DNA from: a virus
DNA: 64,000 nt
Direction: 5' to 3' (one strand)
Virus record (IMG/VR): IMGVR_UViG_3300023240_000010
Part shown: positions 37,769 through 47,087 of the stretch, piece after piece
Numbering within the stretch: the first letter of the stretch is position 1
Layout of the letters: each line of letters begins with the position of its first letter
The notes under the pieces: model-generated
What the model was told of the DNA's origin: nothing
The model's input: the letters and a program-made list of their open reading frames with translations, nothing else
Databases searched by the model: none
Made by a program: the position numbers and the translations under genes

Positions 37769-38303
37769 GTGCTCTATACCAACTAACTAATACTGTTCTG
37801 TAACCGCGTTCAACTTGACAAACGCCATGCTTAATTGCATTGTCATAGATGATCGAGTCACCCAGGGTCATTCTAGCGATAATAGGAATGAGTGACGTAC
37901 CAATTGGTGCTTCTCCCATCTTACCACGTTTTGCATACTTATGTTTAGGTCTAGCACTTTTAACATAACGATCAAGCACCAGTGTTTCACCACCTACTAG
38001 ATCCATATCCTCAAGCAATGTTACGACAGTCAACTTTACTACGCCGTCATCATCTGTATGCAGACTAGTGAATGCTTCTGGTGTATACTTAACAAAATAA
38101 TGAGACATAGGAGTTAAGTCCATATACTCATTTAGTTTTTGTAACAGAGGATGTGTAGCAGAGTTTGGAATAATACGTTTATCAACATCATAGAGATTAT
38201 AATCTTGATGTGCTAAACTCTCTTCACAGGAATGGAATAGATGTCTCAAATGATATATATCATCATTGGTAAAGATTCTTTCTATTTTAAATGCGTTGTA
38301 CAT
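37761..38303 (-). CDS. 2OG-Fe(II) oxygenase
   Basis: HTD...GGET...HGV...R.VLVSW facial-triad pattern. Confidence 0.82.
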   Translation of the reverse strand: MYNAFKIERIFTNDDIYHLRHLFHSCEESLAHQDYNLYDVDKRIIPNSATHPLLQKLNEYMDLTPMSHYFVKYTPEAFTSLHTDDDGVVKLTVVTLLEDMDLVGGETLVLDRYVKSARPKHKYAKRGKMGEAPIGTSLIPIIARMTLGDSIIYDNAIKHGVCQVERGYRTVLVSWYRAHD

Positions 38304-38887
38304 TATTTAACTCTAATCGCTAATCCAGTGTAGACTCCAGTACTATTATACACCGTTGAGAGGTTTAAGTCAAGAGGAATATAGTTATTCTCTATAAAGA
38401 ATTGACTCCACTCGTCCTTAGTCCACTTAATAAGATGTGTAGGATCAGCACGAGATACGTCAAGATAGTAATCTTCGCCTGTCGCGGCAGGTACAGGCAT
38501 ACGAAATATGATTGTTTCTGCTTTAATAAGATTGAAGAATAGATCGAGTTCATCAACAGGCATATGCTCAAATACATCCATAGCAAATACAACACCGTGA
38601 TTCTTGTGCCATTCTACTTCTGATAATGCAGTAAGTCCTTTCTCTTTACATACTTCACGAGCATATTCAGAGATGTCAACACCGTACATTGAAGTATTAG
38701 GAGAAAGATTCTTTAGACCTTGAAGTAAGAATCCTACAGCACAACCGAAGTCGAGAAAGGGTCCATGATCTAAATTCATTGTCTTTAAGTGTGCCAGCAA
38801 CTCTGCGGCAGTTTGTTGGTAACGATCACCTCTTTCGAGATAGTTCGTATAGTTGTTTGTTTCGTAGTACGTTTTGTCAAATGCCAC
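38303..38887 (-). CDS. Class I SAM-dependent methyltransferase
   Basis: LDFGCAVGF, GVDIS, DVFEH and DPTH motifs. Confidence 0.85.
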   Translation of the reverse strand: MAFDKTYYETNNYTNYLERGDRYQQTAAELLAHLKTMNLDHGPFLDFGCAVGFLLQGLKNLSPNTSMYGVDISEYAREVCKEKGLTALSEVEWHKNHGVVFAMDVFEHMPVDELDLFFNLIKAETIIFRMPVPAATGEDYYLDVSRADPTHLIKWTKDEWSQFFIENNYIPLDLNLSTVYNSTGVYTGLAIRVK

Positions 38888-38895
38888 ATCATCAC

Positions 38896-39042
38896 CTATT
38901 GTATAGTTACTAGTTTCTTACACTCTCGGAGTCTTCTTATTGAGGAGAGTACTCCGTAAAGATCATCTTCGCCATCAACACTCATTGATAACCAGACAAT
39001 CAACATCATTCGCAAAATTAACATCCCTGTTTCATGTCTCAC
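38896..39042 (-). CDS. Small hypothetical protein (48 aa), not in the ORF track
   Basis: GTG start overlaps the upstream TGA; MRHETGMLILRMMLIVWLSMSVDGEDDLYGVLSSIRRLRECKKLVTIQ fills the gap. Confidence 0.5.
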   Translation of the reverse strand: MRHETGMLILRMMLIVWLSMSVDGEDDLYGVLSSIRRLRECKKLVTIQ

Positions 39043-40142
39043 GGAAAGTTAGGGTCTTCCATTGGTTGCGCTACTGTATGTAGTAGTTTGTTATTGTTAT
39101 AGTAGAAGCACTTCACGCATGACTTGTCCCAGTCATCACCACAGTTACCACGTACTTCATACGGGTTGCCTGTCTTTGCGTACAGTAGATTCGCCTTGTT
39201 CCATATTGCTTTGATGTCTTTAATGTCACCAAGAGAATAGTCCAAATCATAGATTCGATTCTCTAGCACATGACTTGTGCAGATATAGACTTGATATGAA
39301 CCGCCGTCAGGATGTGGTGCAATGTATGGGCGAACTAGTCCTACGTAACAACCGTCAGAGAACGGTTTATCTTGATCCCATATCTCTTTGATAAAGAACT
39401 TGTCATGCTTGTCAAGTGCATCAATGATATCACCGAATCTACCACGTATCTCTGTGTTGTGTCCTGACAATAAACAGTTGCCTGCAATACGACAGAACTT
39501 AACACCAGGGTTCAACTCAATCAGTTTAGCAATACGTTCAATGCTTTCTACTGTAGTGCCTTGATAAGGTTTGTTCGTGCGAGATAATACATCAGGTCCA
39601 TCGCCTGTGCTATCGTAGATTATGTAACTGAATCCTAACTTGCTGTGAGGGAATGATCCGAAATCATACTTCTCTGGTGGAGTTCGCTCGTCTAACTTAA
39701 TCAGTGAGATACGAATCCAGTTAATCATTGGATACACTTCTGGATCCAGATGACGTTCAAGTTTCTCTGTGTTAGTAATAATACCAACATCAAATCCACA
39801 TTCGTTACAGAACTTAATTACATCGTTGATATTCTTCTTGGTCTCTTTATCGCGATACAGTAATGGATTACCACCACCGGTTATCTCAATACTCTTAGCA
39901 CCCAAATCTTTAAAGTCAAGCAGAAGTTGTTTCACTTGCTCCCACGGAATGTAACTCTTCAGAGGTCGTGCCGCAACAGAGCAGAACGGACAATCACTAT
40001 CGCACATCTCACATAGTGACAGTTGAACTGTAACTGGTTTAAACTTATCTTCTATTTGTATGGACGCCAGAAGGTCAGCATGTTGGAGAAGTTTATCTCC
40101 CCACGTACTGTATTTCTGAGTCTTATCTTCGTATGACTTCAT
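39039..40142 (-). CDS. Radical SAM protein with C-terminal SPASM/twitch-like Cys cluster
   Basis: CDSDCPFC, ITGGGNP and C-terminal C...C...CVKC. Confidence 0.9.
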   Translation of the reverse strand: MKSYEDKTQKYSTWGDKLLQHADLLASIQIEDKFKPVTVQLSLCEMCDSDCPFCSVAARPLKSYIPWEQVKQLLLDFKDLGAKSIEITGGGNPLLYRDKETKKNINDVIKFCNECGFDVGIITNTEKLERHLDPEVYPMINWIRISLIKLDERTPPEKYDFGSFPHSKLGFSYIIYDSTGDGPDVLSRTNKPYQGTTVESIERIAKLIELNPGVKFCRIAGNCLLSGHNTEIRGRFGDIIDALDKHDKFFIKEIWDQDKPFSDGCYVGLVRPYIAPHPDGGSYQVYICTSHVLENRIYDLDYSLGDIKDIKAIWNKANLLYAKTGNPYEVRGNCGDDWDKSCVKCFYYNNNKLLHTVAQPMEDPNFP

Positions 40143-40924
40143 ATGTTTCCTATTAACTCGCTTACATTCTCACCGCCATTCGGCAGTTTATCTTTCAGAA
40201 AGAAGTGAACGAAGTGACATTCAGTTATCTTTGTATTTACAGTATACAGACCATTCCACTTAAAGTCAAGCGATTTAAACGAAACCTTCTCTTTTTTTAT
40301 GAAATAGTTTAATAGAGTCTGATCAGTAGACCACTTCCAAGTACCAACGCCATCGACGAATGGTTTAAACTCCATACGATTTAGAAACTGTTTTGCAGTC
40401 TGTCCTTTAAGATATGGTTTGAACAACTTACTATTCAGTAGAATCAGACCCATGTTAGCGAACTCGAATCCCATTCTATTAGGTTTGAAGTCTACTGCAT
40501 GAGTGTGTAATCCACCGTACTGCATATTAGAATAGTTTAGTATCTTATTCTCATACTCTCTAGTGATAGGCATCTCTCGCTCAATGACTGCACCGAACGC
40601 ATGATCTGTTCCGAAATCATCAAATATATTAGGAGCATCTTCACGTATGAATATGTCAGCATCAACTATAGCAATCTGGTCATAAGAATCGAGAAGATCA
40701 AAAGCATTCTCTTTCTCATAGATAGGTAGAAAACCACCATGCTTACTGTATGACTCAGTGCTACGACCCGTAGCAAAGATGTCGGGTTTGATTCTAAGTT
40801 TAGGAGTTGTCTGTACGATATGTTCTATACCATGACGTTCACAATATAAGGAAACTGTCTCTATACATGTTGCATATAACTTAGAGGGTTTACCTACTGC
40901 TACTTGATATATTAATCTTTTCAT
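40139..40924 (-). CDS. GT-A glycosyltransferase (GT8-like)
   Basis: IVDADIF, NMGLILL, DQTLLNY, KWNGL and HFVHFF motifs. Confidence 0.8.
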   Translation of the reverse strand: MKRLIYQVAVGKPSKLYATCIETVSLYCERHGIEHIVQTTPKLRIKPDIFATGRSTESYSKHGGFLPIYEKENAFDLLDSYDQIAIVDADIFIREDAPNIFDDFGTDHAFGAVIEREMPITREYENKILNYSNMQYGGLHTHAVDFKPNRMGFEFANMGLILLNSKLFKPYLKGQTAKQFLNRMEFKPFVDGVGTWKWSTDQTLLNYFIKKEKVSFKSLDFKWNGLYTVNTKITECHFVHFFLKDKLPNGGENVSELIGNI

Positions 40925-41502
40925 TTTCTATGCTCTACTGTCACACCAACTTCTTTGTCTTGTACTTGTATAGTTGTCATCATGAACCACTTGCCGTACT
41001 TATCGCATTGCTTGTGTATCCAAGCGTCTGAGTTATAATCAACGGAACCTTTTCTGTGATCTTTGATTGAACATAATCTCTTAGCGCCTTCGGGCGTAAT
41101 ATAATATGCACCACCCGCGAGTTTAGCATGATCACCATTTCTTCGTGTGACATGAGACAAGCAGGCAATAGGATGATTGAATACATCAGGATCAATGTCT
41201 CGCTCTAATAAAATATCATGCTCTGCTACGATGATAGGTATGTTCAATTGACGGCATAGCATCCAAGCATAGTAATGACTGTACCATACTGCAACTTCTG
41301 TGTCAGTAAACCCAAGCAATTTACCACCTCGACGCTTATCGCCTAGAGGCAAGTCAATCGCTCCCACACAATCTTCGGGCACGTATGCCTCGAAGTGTCT
41401 GACTGTCCAGTCACGTTCTTCCCACGAAGGTTTAACTAGATCACGATAATGCTCTGATATAGAATTGCCAGAAATAGTAATCATATGTACTTCAGGTTTC
41501 AT
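40921..41502 (-). CDS. Glycosyltransferase family 25-like
   Basis: WYSHYYAW, VAEHDI and GGAYYITPEGA motifs. Confidence 0.72.
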   Translation of the reverse strand: MKPEVHMITISGNSISEHYRDLVKPSWEERDWTVRHFEAYVPEDCVGAIDLPLGDKRRGGKLLGFTDTEVAVWYSHYYAWMLCRQLNIPIIVAEHDILLERDIDPDVFNHPIACLSHVTRRNGDHAKLAGGAYYITPEGAKRLCSIKDHRKGSVDYNSDAWIHKQCDKYGKWFMMTTIQVQDKEVGVTVEHRK

Positions 41503-42467
41503 CGGTAGTCATCCAGACTAAACTCAGTGCCGTACATCTTGTGTAGATCACGCTCATGGTTACTATAGACTAGAACTTCGGGATCGTCGAGTAAGAAGTC
41601 ACACGACTTACAGTAATCTGGATAGTCGCCTGTAGTATGATTGTCTCTCAACTCAGTGTAAGCAGGTCCATCCCAAATCTCTTCGATAGTATTCTCAGAA
41701 CAATGACCGAGAACTGCTTCTTCGTCGCGACCTAATACTTGACAGCAAGGAGCAACTGCGCCTCTTCTACCATCTAAACCACCAGCACGAATCACTACGT
41801 CAGGAGAGAATGGTCGACCACATGTTTTAACATTACCCTTTCGAGCATTAACCTCTAACTCATATACACCTGACCAGTTATGCATCTTCCAGATTTCAGT
41901 CTTAACATCTAACTCTTCAACGATTGCTTTATACTCAGCAAGTTCGGCATCGTAGTTGTCGTTGTCAGTGATAAGATGATACGTTGCTACTGTACATGTA
42001 GAACCCGATGACTTAACATAGTCGCGCATCTCGCGGATGTTCTTCTTGATAAACTCGTAGTTAGATCCGCGAGTGTTATACATCCACTCATCATACTTTG
42101 CTGGATTAGAACCGATGAACGAGAATCTAAAGAAGTCAAGTCCTGCGTCCACACAGTCTCGCATGAACTGACCATGCATCTTAAAACCGTTAGAGAAGAT
42201 AACGCACTCGGCATTGTATCTCTTAACAATTTTAATATATTCAGGAAGTGTTCGTAGAATTGTCGCTTCGCCCGAACCATCAAGATTAACTACACGTAAA
42301 CCATGCTGTGCGCAATCTCTTACGTAGTCCTCAAACTCTAATAGATTCATCTTACGGAGAAAGTCTTTGTGTCGCCCGCCCTGTTCGTTGCGCTTGTCTT
42401 GTGGACACATGGTGCAGGAGAAGTTACATGCACCTTCGATTTCAATTACTGCTCTATCGATTTTCAT
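41499..42467 (-). CDS. Radical SAM/SPASM protein
   Basis: CNFSCTMC, GSGE and C-terminal CGRP...PCC...G...CKSC. Confidence 0.92.
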   Translation of the reverse strand: MKIDRAVIEIEGACNFSCTMCPQDKRNEQGGRHKDFLRKMNLLEFEDYVRDCAQHGLRVVNLDGSGEATILRTLPEYIKIVKRYNAECVIFSNGFKMHGQFMRDCVDAGLDFFRFSFIGSNPAKYDEWMYNTRGSNYEFIKKNIREMRDYVKSSGSTCTVATYHLITDNDNYDAELAEYKAIVEELDVKTEIWKMHNWSGVYELEVNARKGNVKTCGRPFSPDVVIRAGGLDGRRGAVAPCCQVLGRDEEAVLGHCSENTIEEIWDGPAYTELRDNHTTGDYPDYCKSCDFLLDDPEVLVYSNHERDLHKMYGTEFSLDDYR

Positions 42468-42497
42468 ATTAATTCACTTTATTACGTTATAGACTAC

Positions 42498-42505
42498 TAT
42501 GTATA
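42498..42505 (-). promoter_or_regulatory. Probable late-promoter variant TATACATA
   Basis: One mismatch to TATAAATA; the same octamer is intergenic at 29902-29909 and 45007-45014. Confidence 0.45.
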
Positions 42506-42512
42506 GTATACA

Positions 42513-43400
42513 CTAAATGTCTTCGACTTGCAACTCATTTAGAATAAAATTTCTATATTTCTCTGCGCGTCGATCCATGTGCATCTGATTACCTTTATCT
42601 AAACCTTCAAGATAAGAGAAAACTGTGCCACCGGCGGCATCAGGTTTAGGTAACTTGAAGTTGACACCCTGTGGATTGTGTATGTGAATGATACCATTGT
42701 CGCCTAATGCTACAACAGGTTTACATAAGTTCTTCGCAATGTACTGCCACATGCCATCATAGAATATACCAAATCGACAAGTGTTGATATGATAGAATGC
42801 TTCTCTTACGGGGGTGCGATATGACAACTCAATAAGTTCATAACCTTTGGCGCGTAGTATGTCGAGTATTCTTTCCCAGTCTTCGGGTTGAAATGTTCGT
42901 TTCCACCCACGTGGGATCTCTGCATTAAGTACGAACGGTCTCCAGAATACCACCTTCTTGCTTTCACTTGAATCGTGCCAGCAATCGCGTCTGAACATCC
43001 ATGACGGGATACCATCTAGCACATCTCTCGCACCCGACTTACGTTGTAGTCCTCTATGACGTAGACGTTCAATCTCATTGTCAGTGGAGTTAAAGATATG
43101 ATTAATCTTTACGGATTCTTTATCGTGATAGAACGAGTGAATGTAATCAGTCCGTTCAATGATAGTTTCGGGATCTTCGAAGTGGTGGAGATGGTCTTCG
43201 CCATGTGTCCAATGCACATTCATCGTAGTGAACGGAATATCACGTCCAGACTTTCTTGCTAGATGTGTGAGCATATGCACAGCATTAAGACCAAAGAGTA
43301 TGTCGCCGACACCAATAGTGCCTCTCCAATCTACAGTATTAGTATCTGTAAAAAGAAATGTAAAACCTTTCCATGGATCGACATACTCTTGTAAGGGCAT
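42513..43400 (-). CDS. Hypothetical protein, possibly a GT-B glycosyltransferase
   Basis: GVGD N-terminal motif, WKR...W..I...L and YDGMWQYIAK...KPVVALG resemble GT9-like patterns. Confidence 0.5.
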   Translation of the reverse strand: MPLQEYVDPWKGFTFLFTDTNTVDWRGTIGVGDILFGLNAVHMLTHLARKSGRDIPFTTMNVHWTHGEDHLHHFEDPETIIERTDYIHSFYHDKESVKINHIFNSTDNEIERLRHRGLQRKSGARDVLDGIPSWMFRRDCWHDSSESKKVVFWRPFVLNAEIPRGWKRTFQPEDWERILDILRAKGYELIELSYRTPVREAFYHINTCRFGIFYDGMWQYIAKNLCKPVVALGDNGIIHIHNPQGVNFKLPKPDAAGGTVFSYLEGLDKGNQMHMDRRAEKYRNFILNELQVEDI

Positions 43401-43549
43401 TACTTCTGTTCACGCTTCTCTGGCATTTCGGTTGCTCTCTTATCAAGCGAGTTAATAAAGTTCATAGCATCTTGTGGACTTCGAACTTTCTTACCCTCTT
43501 TCTGCTCCTTCTTCTTATTACGCGGGTCAAATCGACCGTACTTTGCCAT
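43400..43549 (-). CDS. Small basic hypothetical protein (49 aa)
   Basis: MAKYGRFDPRNKKKEQK...; TAATG overlap with the next gene. Confidence 0.7.
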   Translation of the reverse strand: MAKYGRFDPRNKKKEQKEGKKVRSPQDAMNFINSLDKRATEMPEKREQK

Positions 43550-43554
43550 TACTA

Positions 43555-44001
43555 TTATCCTAGTGCTTCCAATCTAACCATCAGACGCTCGGCACGATTG
43601 CCTACTTGTCTGTACCATAGACTATCACGACCTTCTACTGCCGCTCGTGCAAAGTCTTTATCTTTAAGTGCTGCCCTGAAGTTCTTGAACTTACTCAGTC
43701 GAGTACGACCTAAGTTGAACATCATGTTAATGCAGATTTCTTGTACTTCTGGTTGCCACAACATGAATCCGTTACCGAATAGTGCAACACACTCTATCTC
43801 TGCTAACTCACTGTCATATTTAAACGCTTCAGCAACACGTTCTTCTGAGATAGGAGTGCCTTCTTCGAATCCATATTCGGGGTCATCTTTTAAAATTAAG
43901 TGACCTACACCAAATGTTGGATAACCAAGATGATCCTTGTACACTTCGTACTTGATACCTTCGTCGATTTTTAATTGTTCAAATAAATTTGTTCTATTCA
44001 T
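43555..44001 (-). CDS. T4-type lysozyme (GH24)
   Basis: DEGIKYEVYKDHLGYPTFGVGHL (E-D-T triad) and DSLWYRQVGNRA. Confidence 0.92.
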   Translation of the reverse strand: MNRTNLFEQLKIDEGIKYEVYKDHLGYPTFGVGHLILKDDPEYGFEEGTPISEERVAEAFKYDSELAEIECVALFGNGFMLWQPEVQEICINMMFNLGRTRLSKFKNFRAALKDKDFARAAVEGRDSLWYRQVGNRAERLMVRLEALG

Positions 44002-44726
44002 TATGTTATGCCCATATGTTCTTTAGTCATTATATAGTCTCTCACGAAGTCTGACCTTACGATGTCTTTCCAAGTAAATGTAACTATGCTGAAACGTTTC
44101 ATGTTCTCAAGTATACTTAGGAATTTATTAACTCCCTCTTTTTCATTCTTATTCTTGAAATCTGATTGCAGATAATCACCCGCAAATATAATCTTACTGT
44201 TTTGTCCGATACGTGTGATGATAGAATCCAACTCGTGGAAGTTTAAGTTCTGCATCTCATCGACAATAACAATAGAGTTATCGTATGTCACACCACGAAT
44301 AAATGATGTAGACTCGAATGTTAATTGGTTGGCGTCAATCAGTTTGTCATACGCTTCACCGTCTCCGAACAACTCAGCACAAGCAGAACGATAAGGTCCT
44401 GTGAACGCATCAAGTTTTTCTTCTAGTGTTCCTGGCAAGAAACCAACATCTCTTGTAGGTACAACTGAGCGAACGATTCTAACTGATTCATATATTGTAG
44501 ACTTATTCATCATCTCTTCGAAGGCAAGATATAAAGCAAGAAATGTCTTTCCTGTTCCTGCTGTTCCTACGAGTGCTAGATGATCATCAGACTTATATGC
44601 TTCAAACGTATCTCTCTGCTTATCAGTAAGAGGTTCGATAGTCATCAAGTCACATAGACGAAGTGTTCTTGGTCGACGTGCCGCGGCAGTCGTAATGAAT
44701 TGACCTTTAGTTTGTTTTGATTTCAT
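44001..44726 (-). CDS. phoH: PhoH-family ATPase
   Basis: GTAGTGKT, GFLPG, FIRGVT, VDEMQN, GDYLQSD and DIVRS motifs. Confidence 0.95.
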   Translation of the reverse strand: MKSKQTKGQFITTAAARRPRTLRLCDLMTIEPLTDKQRDTFEAYKSDDHLALVGTAGTGKTFLALYLAFEEMMNKSTIYESVRIVRSVVPTRDVGFLPGTLEEKLDAFTGPYRSACAELFGDGEAYDKLIDANQLTFESTSFIRGVTYDNSIVIVDEMQNLNFHELDSIITRIGQNSKIIFAGDYLQSDFKNKNEKEGVNKFLSILENMKRFSIVTFTWKDIVRSDFVRDYIMTKEHMGIT

Positions 44727-44727
44727 A

Positions 44728-44964
44728 TTATACTTTTATAGTATTAGGAATGTGAGTGCCTGCCGCTTTCTGACAGCGCGAGAGATGTTCTTTCCAATCA
44801 CCAGATGTCTTATTGATGATGTTACCTGTATGACTTACTAAAGCAGGCGCACTCATAACTTGTGTGTGAGTACCTTCTGCTACGAATATTTCCATGTTTG
44901 CTATAGACATAAACATATCTTCAGTTTCACCAGTCTTAATATTTTTCATTGTGTAAATAGGCAT
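44728..44964 (-). CDS. Small conserved T4-like protein (FmdB-like N-terminus)
   Basis: MPIYTMKNIKTGE...MSI...DWKEHLSR. Confidence 0.7.
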   Translation of the reverse strand: MPIYTMKNIKTGETEDMFMSIANMEIFVAEGTHTQVMSAPALVSHTGNIINKTSGDWKEHLSRCQKAAGTHIPNTIKV

Positions 44965-45101
44965 TATTTGTTTCTTATCCTGTACATTGTTTCTTATAGT
45001 ATACATTATGTATAGAAAAGATATGTCTCATCCTTGAGACGCTATCCTAAAACATACGATGAAGTAACTGTAATTACTCCAAAGAGATAGGATCACCCCC
45101 C

Positions 45102-45272
45102 TTATTTTGCTATTGAAGTCTCGAATGAATCTATTATCTGATTGAGAAAAGATTGCCGTTTTGCAATTTTATATGCTTTATCTGGATTTCCTTTCTTATT
45201 CAATTTGTGGATATAGTGTCCAAGTTCTTGAGAATCTTTTCTTAACCTTGCTATCTGATTTCTTTCTACCAT
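45102..45272 (-). CDS. Small hypothetical protein (56 aa)
   Basis: MVERNQIARLRKDSQELGHYIHKL...; GAGG upstream; not in the ORF track. Confidence 0.7.
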   Translation of the reverse strand: MVERNQIARLRKDSQELGHYIHKLNKKGNPDKAYKIAKRQSFLNQIIDSFETSIAK

Positions 45273-45320
45273 AGGCGTACCTCGTTAGGGGGTTAGTTAA
45301 TTAAACTTCAACATGACAAA

Positions 45321-45752
45321 TTATCGGATCAAATCAGGCAATGCCTCCTGTACCAATTTCTTGGTCAATCCTTTCACTGGCGGTTTTTTTGCAATCATAG
45401 CGATTACAATTTTGGCATCTTGTGGATGTACTGATTCTAGTACTTCGATAAACATTTTTTCACGCTTAACATTACTGAGTTGTTCGCATTCCTTGACGCC
45501 CACAACAAAGTACTTAAAGAATCTATGATGTCTAAGTAGAGTCGAAGGTGCAGAATTTGGTTCATTGGCAGTATACGGAGGAGTACCTGCGGGCAGTTTG
45601 AATTGAACTGCTGGATCGAATGCGCCTTGAAGTACGTCCCGTAGCGCGATTATATCGTTCTCACGTAAAACTTTAATTTTGTCTTGTCGTGATGTTGCGG
45701 ATTCTACTAGTTCAAGTATCTGATATACTTCTTTGCGTTTCTGGTGATTCAT
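45321..45752 (-). CDS. Conserved T4-like hypothetical protein
   Basis: LPAGTPPY and KREKMFIEVLESVHPQDA. Confidence 0.78.
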   Translation of the reverse strand: MNHQKRKEVYQILELVESATSRQDKIKVLRENDIIALRDVLQGAFDPAVQFKLPAGTPPYTANEPNSAPSTLLRHHRFFKYFVVGVKECEQLSNVKREKMFIEVLESVHPQDAKIVIAMIAKKPPVKGLTKKLVQEALPDLIR

Positions 45753-45799
45753 ATTAATACTAACCTTTCATCTTATTCAATTAAAAACGTACTAAGTGT

Positions 45800-45828
45800 A
45801 TTATACACGTTCATAGCACGCCTGTCAA
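45800..45828 (-). promoter_or_regulatory. Perfect sigma70 promoter TTGACA-N17-TATAAT
   Basis: Read directly from the sequence. Confidence 0.9.
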
Positions 45829-45842
45829 CCTATTTCTTACTA

Positions 45843-46547
45843 TTATCTAGTCTTATTTTTCAACTCGGATTTAATCCACTTCTTAGCACGAGAATCTTTA
45901 ACTGGTTTCTTGGACCACGCTCCAATACCCTTGTACGCTGCCATAGTTTCTTTTGTGAAGTCTTTGCCTTCGCTGTTATCTACGATAAAGGTATTCTCTT
46001 GACCAAACATTTGCTGGTATGTTCCAATATTATCTTGCACTGCCTGCCACATCGGGGTAAGCATCTTCTTACCAATAGAGCGTTTACGTTGTGCGTCACG
46101 ATCAACAGCAGTTTCTAAGTTGGTGTTCACTACAATGATTGCAGTGTCATATCCCATCTTCTCTAGTTTTGCTCTTTGCGCTTTAATCTTGTCTGAGTCT
46201 TTACCAGTTCCATCAATAACAATACCTAGACGACCTTTAAGATACATCTCTTGTTTAGCGGCAGTTAATTTAGTTGCTTTACCACGTAGTTCTTGACCCT
46301 TAACAGAGAAGATATTATCTGGATTCATCTCCATGCCCGCTTTCTTCATAGCGTTTTCGAATGCGTCATCAGAGTTGACGACACGAAATCCAAAACTACC
46401 TAGTCCAGTTTTACCAACGATGAAAGACTTACCGCTACCAGGACCACCAGCAAGAAACACCGCCTTAAAAATAGCAGGATCATTTACGCCTTCGTTGATA
46501 GTGTCGTATAGTGCTTGCTCGGCGAGGTGCTGTTTAAATTTTAACAT
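45843..46547 (-). CDS. P-loop kinase (zeta-toxin/PNK-like) with CTS-like leader
   Basis: GGPGSGKS, VNSDD, IVIDGTG and R..R lid; N-terminal MLKFKQHLAE. Confidence 0.8.
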   Translation of the reverse strand: MLKFKQHLAEQALYDTINEGVNDPAIFKAVFLAGGPGSGKSFIVGKTGLGSFGFRVVNSDDAFENAMKKAGMEMNPDNIFSVKGQELRGKATKLTAAKQEMYLKGRLGIVIDGTGKDSDKIKAQRAKLEKMGYDTAIIVVNTNLETAVDRDAQRKRSIGKKMLTPMWQAVQDNIGTYQQMFGQENTFIVDNSEGKDFTKETMAAYKGIGAWSKKPVKDSRAKKWIKSELKNKTR

Positions 46548-46617
46548 TAAAGATCCATATGAGGTTGTGTTAGTTAATAGTATTTAGCGTTAGAACATCT
46601 TTCACATTCATTATATA

Positions 46618-47073
46618 TCACGATCTATTGTGCCAAGGTTCTGCTGGTCGCACAGGCATCGCAGGTTTAGATAAATGCTTTGCATGTATTTTGCAACCGA
46701 TGAATGCGTTATAGTATCGTTCGTCGAGCAGTACATCATATTCGAATTGTAACTTTGCTTCATAATAGGAGCATTCGCCTTTTGTTGTACATAACTTTAG
46801 AACTTCACGGTGATAGTTATCGACTCCAGTTCTCTTGATCGACTCTAATAGATGTTCGCTTGATCCGTAATACTTCTGCCAGTCAGATGGAACTTTCATC
46901 TTCACCTTTCTCTTACGGACACTGTTGACTGGCAGTGTCTTGGGTTTCCAGAAGAACTTCTTACCTATATACATTTTACCGGTATCTTTCTCGGTGATAC
47001 GATACACGAATCCAACATAGTCTTTTAAAAACTCTTCGCTGGGTTCAAATGTTTCCTCGTTCATATTCCACAT
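46618..47073 (-). CDS. denA: GIY-YIG endonuclease (T4 endonuclease II-like)
   Basis: GFVYRIT...MYIGKK...WQKYYGSS...YEAKLQF...YYN. Confidence 0.75.
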   Translation of the reverse strand: MWNMNEETFEPSEEFLKDYVGFVYRITEKDTGKMYIGKKFFWKPKTLPVNSVRKRKVKMKVPSDWQKYYGSSEHLLESIKRTGVDNYHREVLKLCTTKGECSYYEAKLQFEYDVLLDERYYNAFIGCKIHAKHLSKPAMPVRPAEPWHNRS

Positions 47074-47087
47074 GTTACTATATATCC

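Noticed and set aside
43373-43903. Long plus-strand ORFs here and at 31487-31999 and 54352-54918
   Set aside because: They are antisense to well-supported genes and show no recognisable motifs.
45843-46547. Epsilon-zeta toxin-antitoxin pair
   Set aside because: No antitoxin neighbour is present; the leader and context suggest a phage kinase.
46618-47073. Intron-encoded homing endonuclease
   Set aside because: It is a short catalytic-domain-only GIY-YIG like endonuclease II, and nrdA, nrdB and thyX are uninterrupted.
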